Source: Elusimicrobiota bacterium
GTDB lineage: Bacteria; Elusimicrobiota; Elusimicrobia; UBA1565; UBA9628
Direction of reading: 5' to 3'
Length of the DNA: 31,373 bases
Assembly: GCA_028717865.1 (NCBI GenBank)
Contig: JAQUMZ010000001.1
Location: forward strand, 1-31,373
Part shown: positions 10,584-20,239 of the stretch, in pieces
How positions within the stretch are numbered: position 1 is the first letter of the stretch
How the letters are laid out: each line of letters starts with the position of its first letter
Notes under the pieces: generated by a model
Database searches by the model: none
What the model saw: the letters and a program-made list of their open reading frames with translations, nothing else
What the model was told of the DNA's origin: nothing
Made by a program: the position numbers and the translations under genes

Positions 10584-10643
10584 CGGCGCCGACCGGAGAG
10601 TCGGCGCCGGGGTCCGCACCCTCCCTTCGGTCGGGTGCGGACC
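10584..10643. repeat. Two adjacent perfect hairpins between convergent genes (bidirectional terminator or REP-like)
   Basis: CGGCGCCGAC/GTCGGCGCCG (10584-10609, 10 bp) and GGTCCGCACCC/GGGTGCGGACC (10611-10643, 11 bp; loop contains cTTCGg). Confidence 0.7.
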
Positions 10644-10676
10644 GCAGGTACGGCGGAGGGTGGCGCGTGTAGCCGT

Positions 10677-12128
10677 TTACTGCAGCCGGAAGATCAGCAG
10701 GCCGTCGGCGTCCCAGGCCACGGGGAAGCGCGAGTAGAAGTAGCGCGCCACCGCGCCGTCGCGGCCGGCGAAGTAGCCGCTCTTGGCGGTCGCGAAGAAC
10801 CGCGCGCCCTCGCGGATGCGCGGTTCGACGCAATCCAGGGCCTCGGGGCCGCGGTCCATGAAGGGGGCGTGCCAACCCTTTCGATGCAGGTGGAACAGGA
10901 AGACCGACGGCGCCCTTTCGTTCACGAGGAACAGGTCGCCGCGCCGGCCGACCGCGTCGGCGGCGCGCTCGGCCGAGGTCAGGAAGGGATAGTTGACGCG
11001 GTACCAGTGCCGGATGCGCAGGACCGAGTAGACCGGCATCCCTACGGTCAGCACAAGCAGGACGGCCAGGGCCGGCCGGCGGCCTCGGCTCAAGGCGGCG
11101 GCCCGGCCGCGCAGCCAGACCAGGCCCGCGCCCATAAGCGCCGCGTTGACCGGCGCGAAGGGCAGGGAGGTGTATTCGTGGAAGAAGCTGTAGCCGCCGT
11201 AGGCGGCCAGCGAGCCGGCGACGCTCAGAAACCAGGCGGCGTAGAAGCCGCGGCGGGGATGGCGCCGGGCCACGTACGCTCCGGCGCCCAGGAAGAGCAG
11301 GCCGATGTGCGTGGCGGAAAGCTCCGGGAAGCGGGAGAGGAATTGGAACTTCACGTAGTAGCCGAGCTTCCCGTAATCCAGTATGCCCAGTATGCTGCTC
11401 ACGTGCGTGGGTACCACGTAGGTGCCCGAGGCGGCGTAACGGTACCACGCGAGCACTCCCCCGGCGGCCGCGGCCAGACCCGCCCATGAACGGAGGTCTT
11501 TCCAAGCCTCGCGGCCGCGGGCTTCCCAGACCAGCCAGGCCAGGGGCAGGAAGACGTAGGCGTAGGGCAGCTTGTGCCCGACGGCGATGAAAACGGCGAG
11601 GCTGCCCGCGGCCCAGTGAAGCCAAGGGCGTTCCGGGGCCAAGCCGCGCCGCCAATGGTAGAGCCCGGCGACGGTGGCGCAGAGGGCGAAGGCCTCGGGC
11701 TGGACGGTGCGCCCGAAGAATATCTCCAGGGGGATGAAGGAGAAGAGCAGGCCGGCGTAAAGCCCCGCTTCCCGGCCGAAATCCTCCTCGGCCAGGAGCA
11801 GGACGTAGACCGCGGTGAGCGCCGAGGCGGCCGCGGCGAGCCAGCGGCCCCACAGCTCGGCCAGGCCGGCCAGCGGCCAAAGCAGGCCGACGAGCCACAT
11901 GTAGAGCGGCAGCTCGGTCGCCGCGCGTTGGCGGCTGGGGCCTTCCCAGTCCATCTCGGGGTTCAGCGGGTTCAGGCCGTTCTCGTGGAAGTTGCGCGCT
12001 ATGGTCGCGGTGTTGCATTGGCGATGGTAATGGTTGTCGAGCAGGGGCGCGTCGAGCCCCTTGAGGTGCAGCGCCAGGGAGGCCGCGGCGACGATGAGCA
12101 GGGCCGCGGCTCGGGAGGGCGTCTTCAG
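10677..12128 (-). CDS. GT-C (family 39/ArnT-like) glycosyltransferase
   Basis: Frame stays open upstream of the track ATG (11954) and adds TM1 plus DNHYHRQCNTATIARNF, a typical luminal motif. Start uncertain (CTG 12128 proposed). ELPLY, QPE and many TM helices. Confidence 0.8.
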   Translation of the reverse strand: MKTPSRAAALLIVAAASLALHLKGLDAPLLDNHYHRQCNTATIARNFHENGLNPLNPEMDWEGPSRQRAATELPLYMWLVGLLWPLAGLAELWGRWLAAAASALTAVYVLLLAEEDFGREAGLYAGLLFSFIPLEIFFGRTVQPEAFALCATVAGLYHWRRGLAPERPWLHWAAGSLAVFIAVGHKLPYAYVFLPLAWLVWEARGREAWKDLRSWAGLAAAAGGVLAWYRYAASGTYVVPTHVSSILGILDYGKLGYYVKFQFLSRFPELSATHIGLLFLGAGAYVARRHPRRGFYAAWFLSVAGSLAAYGGYSFFHEYTSLPFAPVNAALMGAGLVWLRGRAAALSRGRRPALAVLLVLTVGMPVYSVLRIRHWYRVNYPFLTSAERAADAVGRRGDLFLVNERAPSVFLFHLHRKGWHAPFMDRGPEALDCVEPRIREGARFFATAKSGYFAGRDGAVARYFYSRFPVAWDADGLLIFRLQ

Positions 12129-12138
12129 GGCGGGGTCC

Positions 12139-13134
12139 TCACTCCTTGATCGCGTAGATCTCGAAGGTGCCGCCCCGCCGCAGCGCGGCCTCGACCACGG
12201 TCATGCCGAGGGCGGCCGCCAGCAGGGGGGGCAGCAGCAGCGCGGTCGCCAGGACGGCCAGGGGGTGCTCGCGGGCCAGGCCCTTGCGGGCGCCCTCGGC
12301 CTTGAGGAGGTCGTAGAGCAGGTTTTCCGGAAAGCCCAGGCAGTTGTAGAGGCTCTGCAGCCAGCCGAAGGGATTCTGCTCGAAGGAGAAGTGGTCGGTT
12401 CGGACCACGCGGAAGGCGTGGCGCGAGAGGATGGCCTCCAGGGCGCGGGGGGTGAAATGGAAGTAGTGGCGCGGCACGTCTAGGTGGAACCAGCGCCGGC
12501 CGAAGAGCCGCGCCTGAAAGCTGTCGAAATCCGGGACCGCCACGGCCAGCAGCCCGCCCGGCCGCAGCAGTTCGCGCGCCCGGGCCACGGCCTCGACCGG
12601 GTTGGGGAAGTGCTCGAGGGTGTGCCAGAAGATCACGGCGTGGAAGCGGTCCTTCTCATGGGGGGAGGACAGGAAGTCCCCCGTCTCCACGGGCAGGCCC
12701 AGGCGCAGCCGCGCGTGCCGGGCGGCCGTCTCCGACAGCTCGATGCCGTGCGCTTCGTAGCCCAGGGCGCGCAGGTGGTCCAGCATCACGCCCCGGCCGC
12801 AGCCGACGTCGAGCACGGGGCCGCGCGGAACGCGTCCGTGCAGGACCCGGGCCCGGCGCCTGCGAAATATCCTGGTCATGGCCTCGAAGAGCGCGTTGAA
12901 GCGCACGTTCTCCCGGCCGTAATAGGATTCGGGATACCACGCGCCGATCTCCCCGGGAGCGACCGGGGGCCAGGTCCGGCCGAGGCCGCATTCCGGGCAG
13001 CGCAGGACTTGGAAGCCGGGCCGGGATGACGGAAAAGCGGCGGTGGGCGCGTCGCGGCCGCAGCAATGGCAGCGGGGGGGGCGCGCGGCGGGGTCCTGTT
13101 TTTCCGGGGAAAAGCGCGTAACGGTCTCTGTCAC
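12139..13134 (-). CDS. Class I SAM-dependent methyltransferase with N-terminal Cys (Zn) motifs
   Basis: CHCCG...CPECG, VLDVGCGRG, WHTLEH, DVPRH. GTG 13134 preferred because the track start overlaps the protease gene; TATAAT at 13150-13145. Confidence 0.88.
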   Translation of the reverse strand: MTETVTRFSPEKQDPAARPPRCHCCGRDAPTAAFPSSRPGFQVLRCPECGLGRTWPPVAPGEIGAWYPESYYGRENVRFNALFEAMTRIFRRRRARVLHGRVPRGPVLDVGCGRGVMLDHLRALGYEAHGIELSETAARHARLRLGLPVETGDFLSSPHEKDRFHAVIFWHTLEHFPNPVEAVARARELLRPGGLLAVAVPDFDSFQARLFGRRWFHLDVPRHYFHFTPRALEAILSRHAFRVVRTDHFSFEQNPFGWLQSLYNCLGFPENLLYDLLKAEGARKGLAREHPLAVLATALLLPPLLAAALGMTVVEAALRRGGTFEIYAIKE

Positions 13135-13150
13135 GGGAGCGCCAATTATA

Positions 13151-13156
13151 TAAAAT
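13151..13156 (+). promoter_or_regulatory. -10 box (TAAAAT) 6 nt upstream of protease ATG, back-to-back with TATAAT on the minus strand
   Basis: ATTATA-TAAAAT-TGACCC-ATG. Confidence 0.55.
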
Positions 13157-13162
13157 TGACCC

Positions 13163-14197
<1,035 letters not shown>

Positions 14198-14204
14198 GAG
14201 GACC

Positions 14205-15317
14205 GTGCGCGCCCGCCCGCCGTGGATGACGCCCCTGCTCGCCCGCTATTTCCTGGGCGTGTTCATCCCGGTGTTCCTCCTGTGCGTGGGGGTTTTCACG
14301 GGCGTGCTCCTGATGAACCAGTTCCTCAGGCTTTTCAACATGGCCCTGCTCAAGGGCATCTCCCTGTTCTGGATCGCGGGCTGCTTCGCGCGCCTGCTGC
14401 CCTATTTCCTGAGCCTGGCCGTGCCCATGGCGTTCTTGGTGGCGGTCCTGCTGAGCCTGGGCCAGCTCTGCGAACAGGGCGAGGTGACGGCCTTGCGCGC
14501 CTCCGGCTTTTCGTTTTTCGACATGACCTGGCCCTTTCTGCTCGTGGCTTGCGTTTTTTCCGCGGGCCTCTTCGTGGCCAACCACAAGACCGCCCCGGAG
14601 GGCTTCCACTCTTTCCGCAAGCAGTATCAGATCGCGGCCCAGCAGATCGCCAAGGTCGAGCTGCAGCCGGGGTCCTTCATGCGTCTGGGCCGTTGGAACC
14701 TTTACGCGCGCCGGGCCGAGCCCGATACGGGCCGCTTGGGCGGCGTTTACCTCGTGCGCGTGGGCCAGGGCCGGCGCGGATTGCGCGTCAGCGCCCGGCG
14801 GGGGCTGCTTTCCGTGGACAAGGGCAAGTCCCTGGAACTCGTGCTCGAGAACGGCAGCCTGCAGCTGCCCAACGCCGAGCCGGAGAAGCTGACCGCCGGG
14901 CGCTTTTCGCGCTACAGCCTGCGCGTGCCCCTGGCGGACAAGCCCGACGCGCAGCGGCCCCTGGATATCCCGGAGATCAATTCGACCGGCCTCCAGGCGC
15001 GCCTGCGCGAGCCGCTGACCACGGCCCAGCATCGCAACGAGTATCGGGTGGAGCTTTCCGTGCGCAGCGCGGCGGCCTTCGCGCCCCTGGTCTTCTTTTG
15101 GATCGGAGCGCCCCTGGGGCTGCGCCTGCACAAGAACAGCCGGGGGATGGGCTTCGCCGCCAGCATTTTCATCCTGATCGGATTCTACGGCCTGCTGGCG
15201 GTGGGCATCGGACTGGGGCGCCGGCACGACCAGCTGGCGATGTTCGCGCCCTGGCTGGCGGACGCGGCGGGGCTGGCCTTGGGGGCCGTGATCACCAGGC
15301 GGGCGCTCCTTAAATAG
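14205..15317 (+). CDS. lptF: LptF/LptG family permease (first of pair)
   Basis: GEVTALRASG motif, 3 TM + beta-jellyroll + 3 TM; AGGAG SD before GTG. F versus G assigned by gene order only. Confidence 0.85.
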   Translation: MRARPPWMTPLLARYFLGVFIPVFLLCVGVFTGVLLMNQFLRLFNMALLKGISLFWIAGCFARLLPYFLSLAVPMAFLVAVLLSLGQLCEQGEVTALRASGFSFFDMTWPFLLVACVFSAGLFVANHKTAPEGFHSFRKQYQIAAQQIAKVELQPGSFMRLGRWNLYARRAEPDTGRLGGVYLVRVGQGRRGLRVSARRGLLSVDKGKSLELVLENGSLQLPNAEPEKLTAGRFSRYSLRVPLADKPDAQRPLDIPEINSTGLQARLREPLTTAQHRNEYRVELSVRSAAAFAPLVFFWIGAPLGLRLHKNSRGMGFAASIFILIGFYGLLAVGIGLGRRHDQLAMFAPWLADAAGLALGAVITRRALLK

Positions 15318-15326
15318 GAACCGGAC

Positions 15327-16406
15327 ATGAACCTGCGCATATTCACCTGGTACATGGTCCGGCGCTTCTTCAAACCGTTCTTTTTCGGCCTGGGGATATT
15401 CGCCGTGCTCATCTTCCTGGGCGACATGTTCAACAAGATGCACCTGCTCATGAAGAGCAGCGCGTCGCTCCTGGTCATAATGGAGTATCTTTGGCTGGAG
15501 GTCCCTTATTGGACCGTGCGCACCATCCCCATGGCCACCCTCCTGGCCACGCTCGTCGCCATCACCGGCTTCATGCAAAGCGGGGAGTGGCTGGCGGTGC
15601 AGTCGTGCGGCTTCCAGACCAAGACCTTCTGGCGGCCGCTGCTCGGCTGCGCCATGGGCGTGACGCTGTTGTCCTTCGCGGCCCAGGAGACGATCCTGCC
15701 CGCGGCCTTCCAGCGGGCCGGACGGCTTTGGCAGGAGCGCATACATCCCGAGTGGGAGTGGGATCTCTTCAGCGACATCGCCCTCGTGGCGGGGCCCGAC
15801 CACTTCATATCGGCCCGGGAGTTCAAGCCCAGCGCGGGCCGTTTGACCCGGCCCTTGCTCGACGACTTCGGGCCCGACGGCGTGGCCTTCCAGCTCGACG
15901 CCAAGCTGGCCCTGTGGGACGCGGCGGCCAAGCGCTGGATATTTTACGACGGGGTCAGCCGCAGCTTCGACCAGGGCCGCCTCCGGGAGCTGCCCTTCCG
16001 GAGCAAGGTGTCCGATTTCGACGTACCCCCGCGCAGCCTCATACCCAGGACCACGAATCCGGACGAGATGAGCCTGCGGGAACTGCTGCGCTACTGCAAG
16101 CGGCGGCGGCTCATGGGCGATTCCGTGACCGCGCTCAAGGTGGCGGCGCACGCCAAGTTGGCCTACCCCTTCGTCAACCTCGTGATCTGCGCCCTCGGCA
16201 TCCCCATCGCCCTGCGCCTGCGCCGCAGCCCCCGGGTTGCCAGCTTCTGCGTGGCCCTGGCCCTTTCGTTCCTATACCTCTGGGTCATAGAACTGGGCCG
16301 GGCCCTGGGCGCGGGCGGCCGCCTGCCGCCCCTGGCCGCGGCCTGGAGCCCCAACGTCGTCTTCGCCGCCCTGGCCGCCGTCCTCCTGAAAAAATGGGAA
16401 GTCTGA
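15327..16406 (+). CDS. lptG: LptF/LptG family permease (second of pair)
   Basis: SGEWLAVQSCG, PDEMSLREL, KLAYPF, AAWSPN motifs. Confidence 0.87.
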   Translation: MNLRIFTWYMVRRFFKPFFFGLGIFAVLIFLGDMFNKMHLLMKSSASLLVIMEYLWLEVPYWTVRTIPMATLLATLVAITGFMQSGEWLAVQSCGFQTKTFWRPLLGCAMGVTLLSFAAQETILPAAFQRAGRLWQERIHPEWEWDLFSDIALVAGPDHFISAREFKPSAGRLTRPLLDDFGPDGVAFQLDAKLALWDAAAKRWIFYDGVSRSFDQGRLRELPFRSKVSDFDVPPRSLIPRTTNPDEMSLRELLRYCKRRRLMGDSVTALKVAAHAKLAYPFVNLVICALGIPIALRLRRSPRVASFCVALALSFLYLWVIELGRALGAGGRLPPLAAAWSPNVVFAALAAVLLKKWEV

Positions 16407-16455
16407 TTTCTTGGTGCCACGCTTTCAGTAACTTCAGAAACTTTTAACGGATACG

Positions 16456-16628
16456 GCCACCCTGACGGAATGGGCGTCCCCCCCATAGGGGGACGCCCAG
16501 ATTCGGCGCCCTTCGGGCGCCGAATTAGTTTGACGGCAAAAAGGCATTGCCACCCTAACGGAATGGCCGTCCCCCTCGTAGGGGGACGGCCAGATTCGGC
16601 GCCCTTCGGGCGCCGAATTAGTTTAACG
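16456..16628. repeat. Tandem direct repeat: two 80-bp units (16456-16535, 16549-16628), each carrying two hairpins
   Basis: Unit about GCCACCCTRACGGAAT-GGSCGTCCCCC-loop5-GGGGGACGSCCA-GATTCGGCGCCC-TTC-GGGCGCCGAAT-TAGTTTRACG, 13-bp spacer, between convergent lptG and traF-like genes. Confidence 0.92.
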
Positions 16629-16634
16629 ACAAGG

Positions 16635-17909
16635 TCAGTCGACCTTTTCTTCCTTTGCCTTGTTCCCGCCGCCGAAGACCAGGCCGATCTGCGCCGAGAC
16701 CGCGAGGTTGGCGGGAATTTTCTTGTTCTCTTCCTCGGACTTGATCTGCTGCGTCGCGGGCGAGACCATGGCCGCCAAGTCCGCGGTGAAGTGCATGAGG
16801 TTGAACCCGAAGCCCATGGTGTAGGCCGTCTTGGAGCCGGCCAGGGCGATGTTGCGCGTCAAGCCGGCGCGCAGGGGGAGGTTGAGCCAGGAGCGGTTGA
16901 AGACGTTGATCTCGGCGCCCAGGCCGACGTTCTGGGAGGCGACCCCGTCGACCGGGGTGAGGTTACGGGTCAGGTCCGCGTCGGCCGCGACGGTGATGAA
17001 GCCCAGGGGGCTGGCCGCCGCGCCGAGGCGCAGGTTGCTCTGGAGGGGATAGCGCGCCCGCTCGCCGGCGGCGGTGGCTTGCGCGGGGTTGTCGAACTTG
17101 GGATTGTTGATGTTGCGGGCGCTCAGGCCGACGCGCGGCCGGGCCGGGACGACGCCGAATGTGCGCTGGATGTCCCACAGAACGCCCAGGTCCAGGCCCG
17201 GGGCCACGCTGGACTTGGCTCCGTTCTGGTACTTCTCGAAGGCGTTGCCGAAATCGGGTTCGGTGGTGTTGAGCATGAGGTCGTAGTAGCCCGCCTTGCC
17301 CGCCAGCAGCTTGAGCGCGGCTCCGGCGTAGAGGCCGGGCAGGAAGGGCAGTTCGCGGCCGTGGCCCACGCCGATCTCGGTCACGGAGAGGCCGCGCAGG
17401 GTGAGCTTGGAGTTGTTCGCGGTTGCGAAAGTCATCGGGTTTATGTTCGCCAAGTCGGCCTTGGGGATGGCGCCGATGTAGTTCAAATTATTGACGAACA
17501 AGGCGAATCTCTTTAACTTTACTTGCGCGCCTAGGCCGGCGTCTACGCGCAGGCCGTTGTCCGCGCGGTTGAGCTTGGCCAAAGCAGCGTTGATGTTGGG
17601 CTGTTGGCAGATGCCGCCGCCGGGGGTGTCCTTGCAGGCTTCGCTGATATCGTTCAGGTCGTTGGCGCCCTCCAGCATTTGGCCGGTGATCTCGGCGTGA
17701 GCTCCGGCGGGCACCTGGGCCCCGGAAGGGCTTTTGGCCGAGCCGAGGCTGGCCGGGTTCCAGTAGACTCCGATCGGACCTTCCGAGGCGGCCACGCCGG
17801 TTCCGCCCATGCCCATGGCCCGGCTTCCCAGCACGTGCCACTCCGTGGACCAGACTGGAGCGGTTAGAAGCAGTGTCGCCGCAAGAGACAGGAAGTAGCG
17901 CTTATTCAT
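16635..17909 (-). CDS. TraF-like (FadL-type) outer-membrane beta-barrel protein
   Basis: Signal peptide from ATG 17909 (MNKRYFLSLAA), GSRAMGMGGTGVA, YWNPASL and amphipathic beta-strands. Confidence 0.75.
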   Translation of the reverse strand: MNKRYFLSLAATLLLTAPVWSTEWHVLGSRAMGMGGTGVAASEGPIGVYWNPASLGSAKSPSGAQVPAGAHAEITGQMLEGANDLNDISEACKDTPGGGICQQPNINAALAKLNRADNGLRVDAGLGAQVKLKRFALFVNNLNYIGAIPKADLANINPMTFATANNSKLTLRGLSVTEIGVGHGRELPFLPGLYAGAALKLLAGKAGYYDLMLNTTEPDFGNAFEKYQNGAKSSVAPGLDLGVLWDIQRTFGVVPARPRVGLSARNINNPKFDNPAQATAAGERARYPLQSNLRLGAAASPLGFITVAADADLTRNLTPVDGVASQNVGLGAEINVFNRSWLNLPLRAGLTRNIALAGSKTAYTMGFGFNLMHFTADLAAMVSPATQQIKSEEENKKIPANLAVSAQIGLVFGGGNKAKEEKVD

Positions 17910-17916
17910 GGGGCTA

Positions 17917-17922
17917 AGTATA
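17917..17922 (-). promoter_or_regulatory. -10 box (TATACT) 7 nt upstream of traF-like ATG
   Basis: Minus strand TATACT-TAGCCCC-ATG. Confidence 0.55.
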
Positions 17923-17958
17923 GGCAACTGGATCAAGGAGGTCAAGCCGCGGCGCATT

Positions 17959-17967
17959 TGGTATCAT
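17959..17967 (+). promoter_or_regulatory. Extended -10 (TG-G-TATCAT) 8 nt upstream of ychF ATG
   Basis: TGGTATCAT-TACGCCCC-ATG; no SD. Confidence 0.6.
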
Positions 17968-17975
17968 TACGCCCC

Positions 17976-19055
17976 ATGGAGATCGGCATCGTCGGGCTGC
18001 CCAACGTCGGGAAATCCACCATTTTCAACGCCCTGACCTCCGGGCATGCCCCGGCCTCCAACTATCCCTTCACGACCATCGAGCCCAACGTGGGCGTGGT
18101 GGCCGTGCCCGACGCGCGCCTGGAACGGCTCGAGGCGCTCTTCCATCCCAAGAAGAAAATCCCGGCCACCGTGCGCTTCGTGGACATCGCGGGCCTGGTC
18201 AAGGGCGCGGCCGCGGGGGAAGGGCTGGGCAACAAGTTCCTGGCGCATATCCGCGAGGTCGATGCCGTGATCATGCTGGTCCGGCTTTTCCAGGATCCCG
18301 ACGTGGTGCATACCATGGGCGGGGTCGACCCCCGGCGCGACGTCGAGGTCATAGAAACCGAGCTCATCCTGGCCGATCTGGCCAGCGTGGACAAGCAGCT
18401 GGAGAAAGTCGTGCCCAAGGGCCGCTGCGGGGACAAGGAAGCGCGCGCGCAGCAGGCCGTATTGGAGAAGATCAAGGCCGGCCTGGAGGCGGGGTCCACC
18501 GTGCGCAAGCTCGGCCTGCCGCGCGAGGCCGTCAAGGATTTCTTCCTGCTGACGGACAAGCCGGTGCTCTTCGTGGGAAACACCGACGAGACCCCCGACC
18601 AACAATTGGTGTCGCGTTTGGAGGCGCTGGCCCGCGAGCGCGGCGCGGGCTGCGTCACGCTTTGCGGCAAGCTGGAGGCGGAGATCGCCCAGTTGGCCGC
18701 CGAGGAGCGCAAGGCCTTTCTGGCCGAGCTCGGGCTTTCGGCCCCGGGGCTGGAGCGCGTCATAGTGGCGGCCTACGACCTGCTCGGCCAGGCCAGTTTC
18801 TTCACCGCCGGGGAGGACGAAGTCCGGGCCTGGACCGTCACCCGCGGCTGGAGGGCCCCGCAGGCCGCCGGCGTAATACACACCGATTTCGAAAAAGGCT
18901 TCATCAAGGCCGACATATACTCCTTCTCGGACATCGACCGTTGGGAGAAGGAGCCGGTTCTGCGCGAGAAGGGCCTGATTCGCTCGGAGGGCAAGGACTA
19001 CCTGGTCCAAGACGGCGATGTCTGCTTCTTCAAGTTCTCTCCCGTCGCCAAGTAA
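17976..19055 (+). CDS. ychF: Redox-regulated ribosome-binding ATPase YchF
   Basis: GIVGLPNVGKST, NYPFTTIEPN, DIAGLVKG, GLGNKFL, APQAAGVIHTDF; start at MEIG (17976). Confidence 0.98.
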   Translation: MEIGIVGLPNVGKSTIFNALTSGHAPASNYPFTTIEPNVGVVAVPDARLERLEALFHPKKKIPATVRFVDIAGLVKGAAAGEGLGNKFLAHIREVDAVIMLVRLFQDPDVVHTMGGVDPRRDVEVIETELILADLASVDKQLEKVVPKGRCGDKEARAQQAVLEKIKAGLEAGSTVRKLGLPREAVKDFFLLTDKPVLFVGNTDETPDQQLVSRLEALARERGAGCVTLCGKLEAEIAQLAAEERKAFLAELGLSAPGLERVIVAAYDLLGQASFFTAGEDEVRAWTVTRGWRAPQAAGVIHTDFEKGFIKADIYSFSDIDRWEKEPVLREKGLIRSEGKDYLVQDGDVCFFKFSPVAK

Positions 19056-20223
19056 GGCGCGGCCGCCTTGCGCGCACTTCGGCCTATGCGGAGGCTGCGC
19101 CTGGCAGGACCGGATCTACGATGAGCAACTGCGCCTGAAGGCCGAAAAGGTCCTGGCCGCGCTTTCCTGCGGCGAGCCCTTGCCCCAGCCGACCGTCCAC
19201 GGGTCTCCGGATATCTGGCGCTATCGCAACAAGATGGAGTTCAGCTTCGGGGACGTCTATCCGCCCCGGCCGGAAGGGCCCGGCTTGAAGCTGGGCCTCA
19301 AGCCCAAGGGCCGCTGGTATGAGATCCTGGATATCGGGGAATGTCTTTTGGCCTCCGCGGAGGCGTGCGCCTTGCTGGGGCGGTTGCGCGCCTGGGCCGC
19401 GGCGGCGGGCGCGGCGCCGTATAATATCCGCCGCAAGACGGGCTTCTTGCGCCACCTTGTCCTGCGCGAAACCAGGGCGGGGGAGCGCATGGTCGTTCTG
19501 GTCACGGCCGAGGGGAGCTTGCCGGAGGCTTCTTTCCTGGCCGCGGTAAAGGAGTCCTATCCGGCGTCCACGGTCCTATGGGGGATCAACGCGAAGGAAT
19601 CGGACGTCGCGGTCAGCGACCGGCTGAAGATTCTGGACGGACCGGGCCACGTGACGGAAACCCTGCGCTTCGGGGAGCGCGAGCTCAAGTTCCGGATTTC
19701 CCCGCATTCCTTCTTCCAAACCAACACCACGGCGGCCAACCTGCTCTACGGCTTGATCCGCGAGTGGGCGGCCGCGGAGAAGCCGCGGACCATCCTCGAC
19801 CTTTACTGCGGCGGCGGCGGGATCACGCTGACTTTGGCCGACCTCTGCGCCAAGGTCGTGGGCGTGGAATCGTGCTCGGCCTCCGTGGCGGACGCCAATG
19901 CCAACGCCCGGCGCAACGGCCTGGCGGGCGCGGAATTCTACGACGGGGCCGTGGAAGTCCTGCTGCCGGCCCTGCTGGCCCTGGGGCCTCAGGTCGTCGT
20001 CTGCGACCCGCCCCGCGCCGGGATGCACGCCGGGGCGGCCGAGGTCCTGGCCGCGTCGGGGCCGGGCGCGGTCATTTACGTGTCGTGCAATCCTCTGTCG
20101 CTGGCCCGGGATTTGGCCGTCTTGACGCGAAGCTACCGCGTCGAGCGGCTGGCGGTCGTGGATTTGTTCCCGCATACGGAACACGTCGAGACCCTCGCGT
20201 TGCTGCGCCGCGTGAAAAAGTAA
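19018..20223 (+). CDS. rlmD: RlmD/TrmA-family RNA m5U methyltransferase, 4Fe-4S type, no TRAM domain
   Basis: CAHFGLCGGC, YRNKMEF, SFFQTN, DLYCGGG, DPPRAG, YVSCNP, DLFPHTEHVE. Confidence 0.9.
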   Translation: MSASSSSLPSPSKARPPCAHFGLCGGCAWQDRIYDEQLRLKAEKVLAALSCGEPLPQPTVHGSPDIWRYRNKMEFSFGDVYPPRPEGPGLKLGLKPKGRWYEILDIGECLLASAEACALLGRLRAWAAAAGAAPYNIRRKTGFLRHLVLRETRAGERMVVLVTAEGSLPEASFLAAVKESYPASTVLWGINAKESDVAVSDRLKILDGPGHVTETLRFGERELKFRISPHSFFQTNTTAANLLYGLIREWAAAEKPRTILDLYCGGGGITLTLADLCAKVVGVESCSASVADANANARRNGLAGAEFYDGAVEVLLPALLALGPQVVVCDPPRAGMHAGAAEVLAASGPGAVIYVSCNPLSLARDLAVLTRSYRVERLAVVDLFPHTEHVETLALLRRVKK

Positions 20224-20239
20224 AAGCCGGGCGCCGGCT
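20215..20239 (-). terminator. Possible intrinsic terminator for the LOG-fusion gene
   Basis: AGCCGG-CGC-CCGGCT 6-bp stem followed by TTTACTTTTT on the minus strand. Confidence 0.35.

Noticed and set aside
16456-16628. CRISPR array
   Set aside because: Only two units, 80-bp repeat, 13-bp spacer, no cas genes.
16470-17516. 348-aa + strand ORF with repeated peptide GGRPDSAPFGRRISLT
   Set aside because: The peptide repeat is just the translated DNA repeat; the rest is antisense to the TraF-like gene.
16635-17909. Conjugative element based on TraF
   Set aside because: No relaxase, T4CP or other tra/trb genes.
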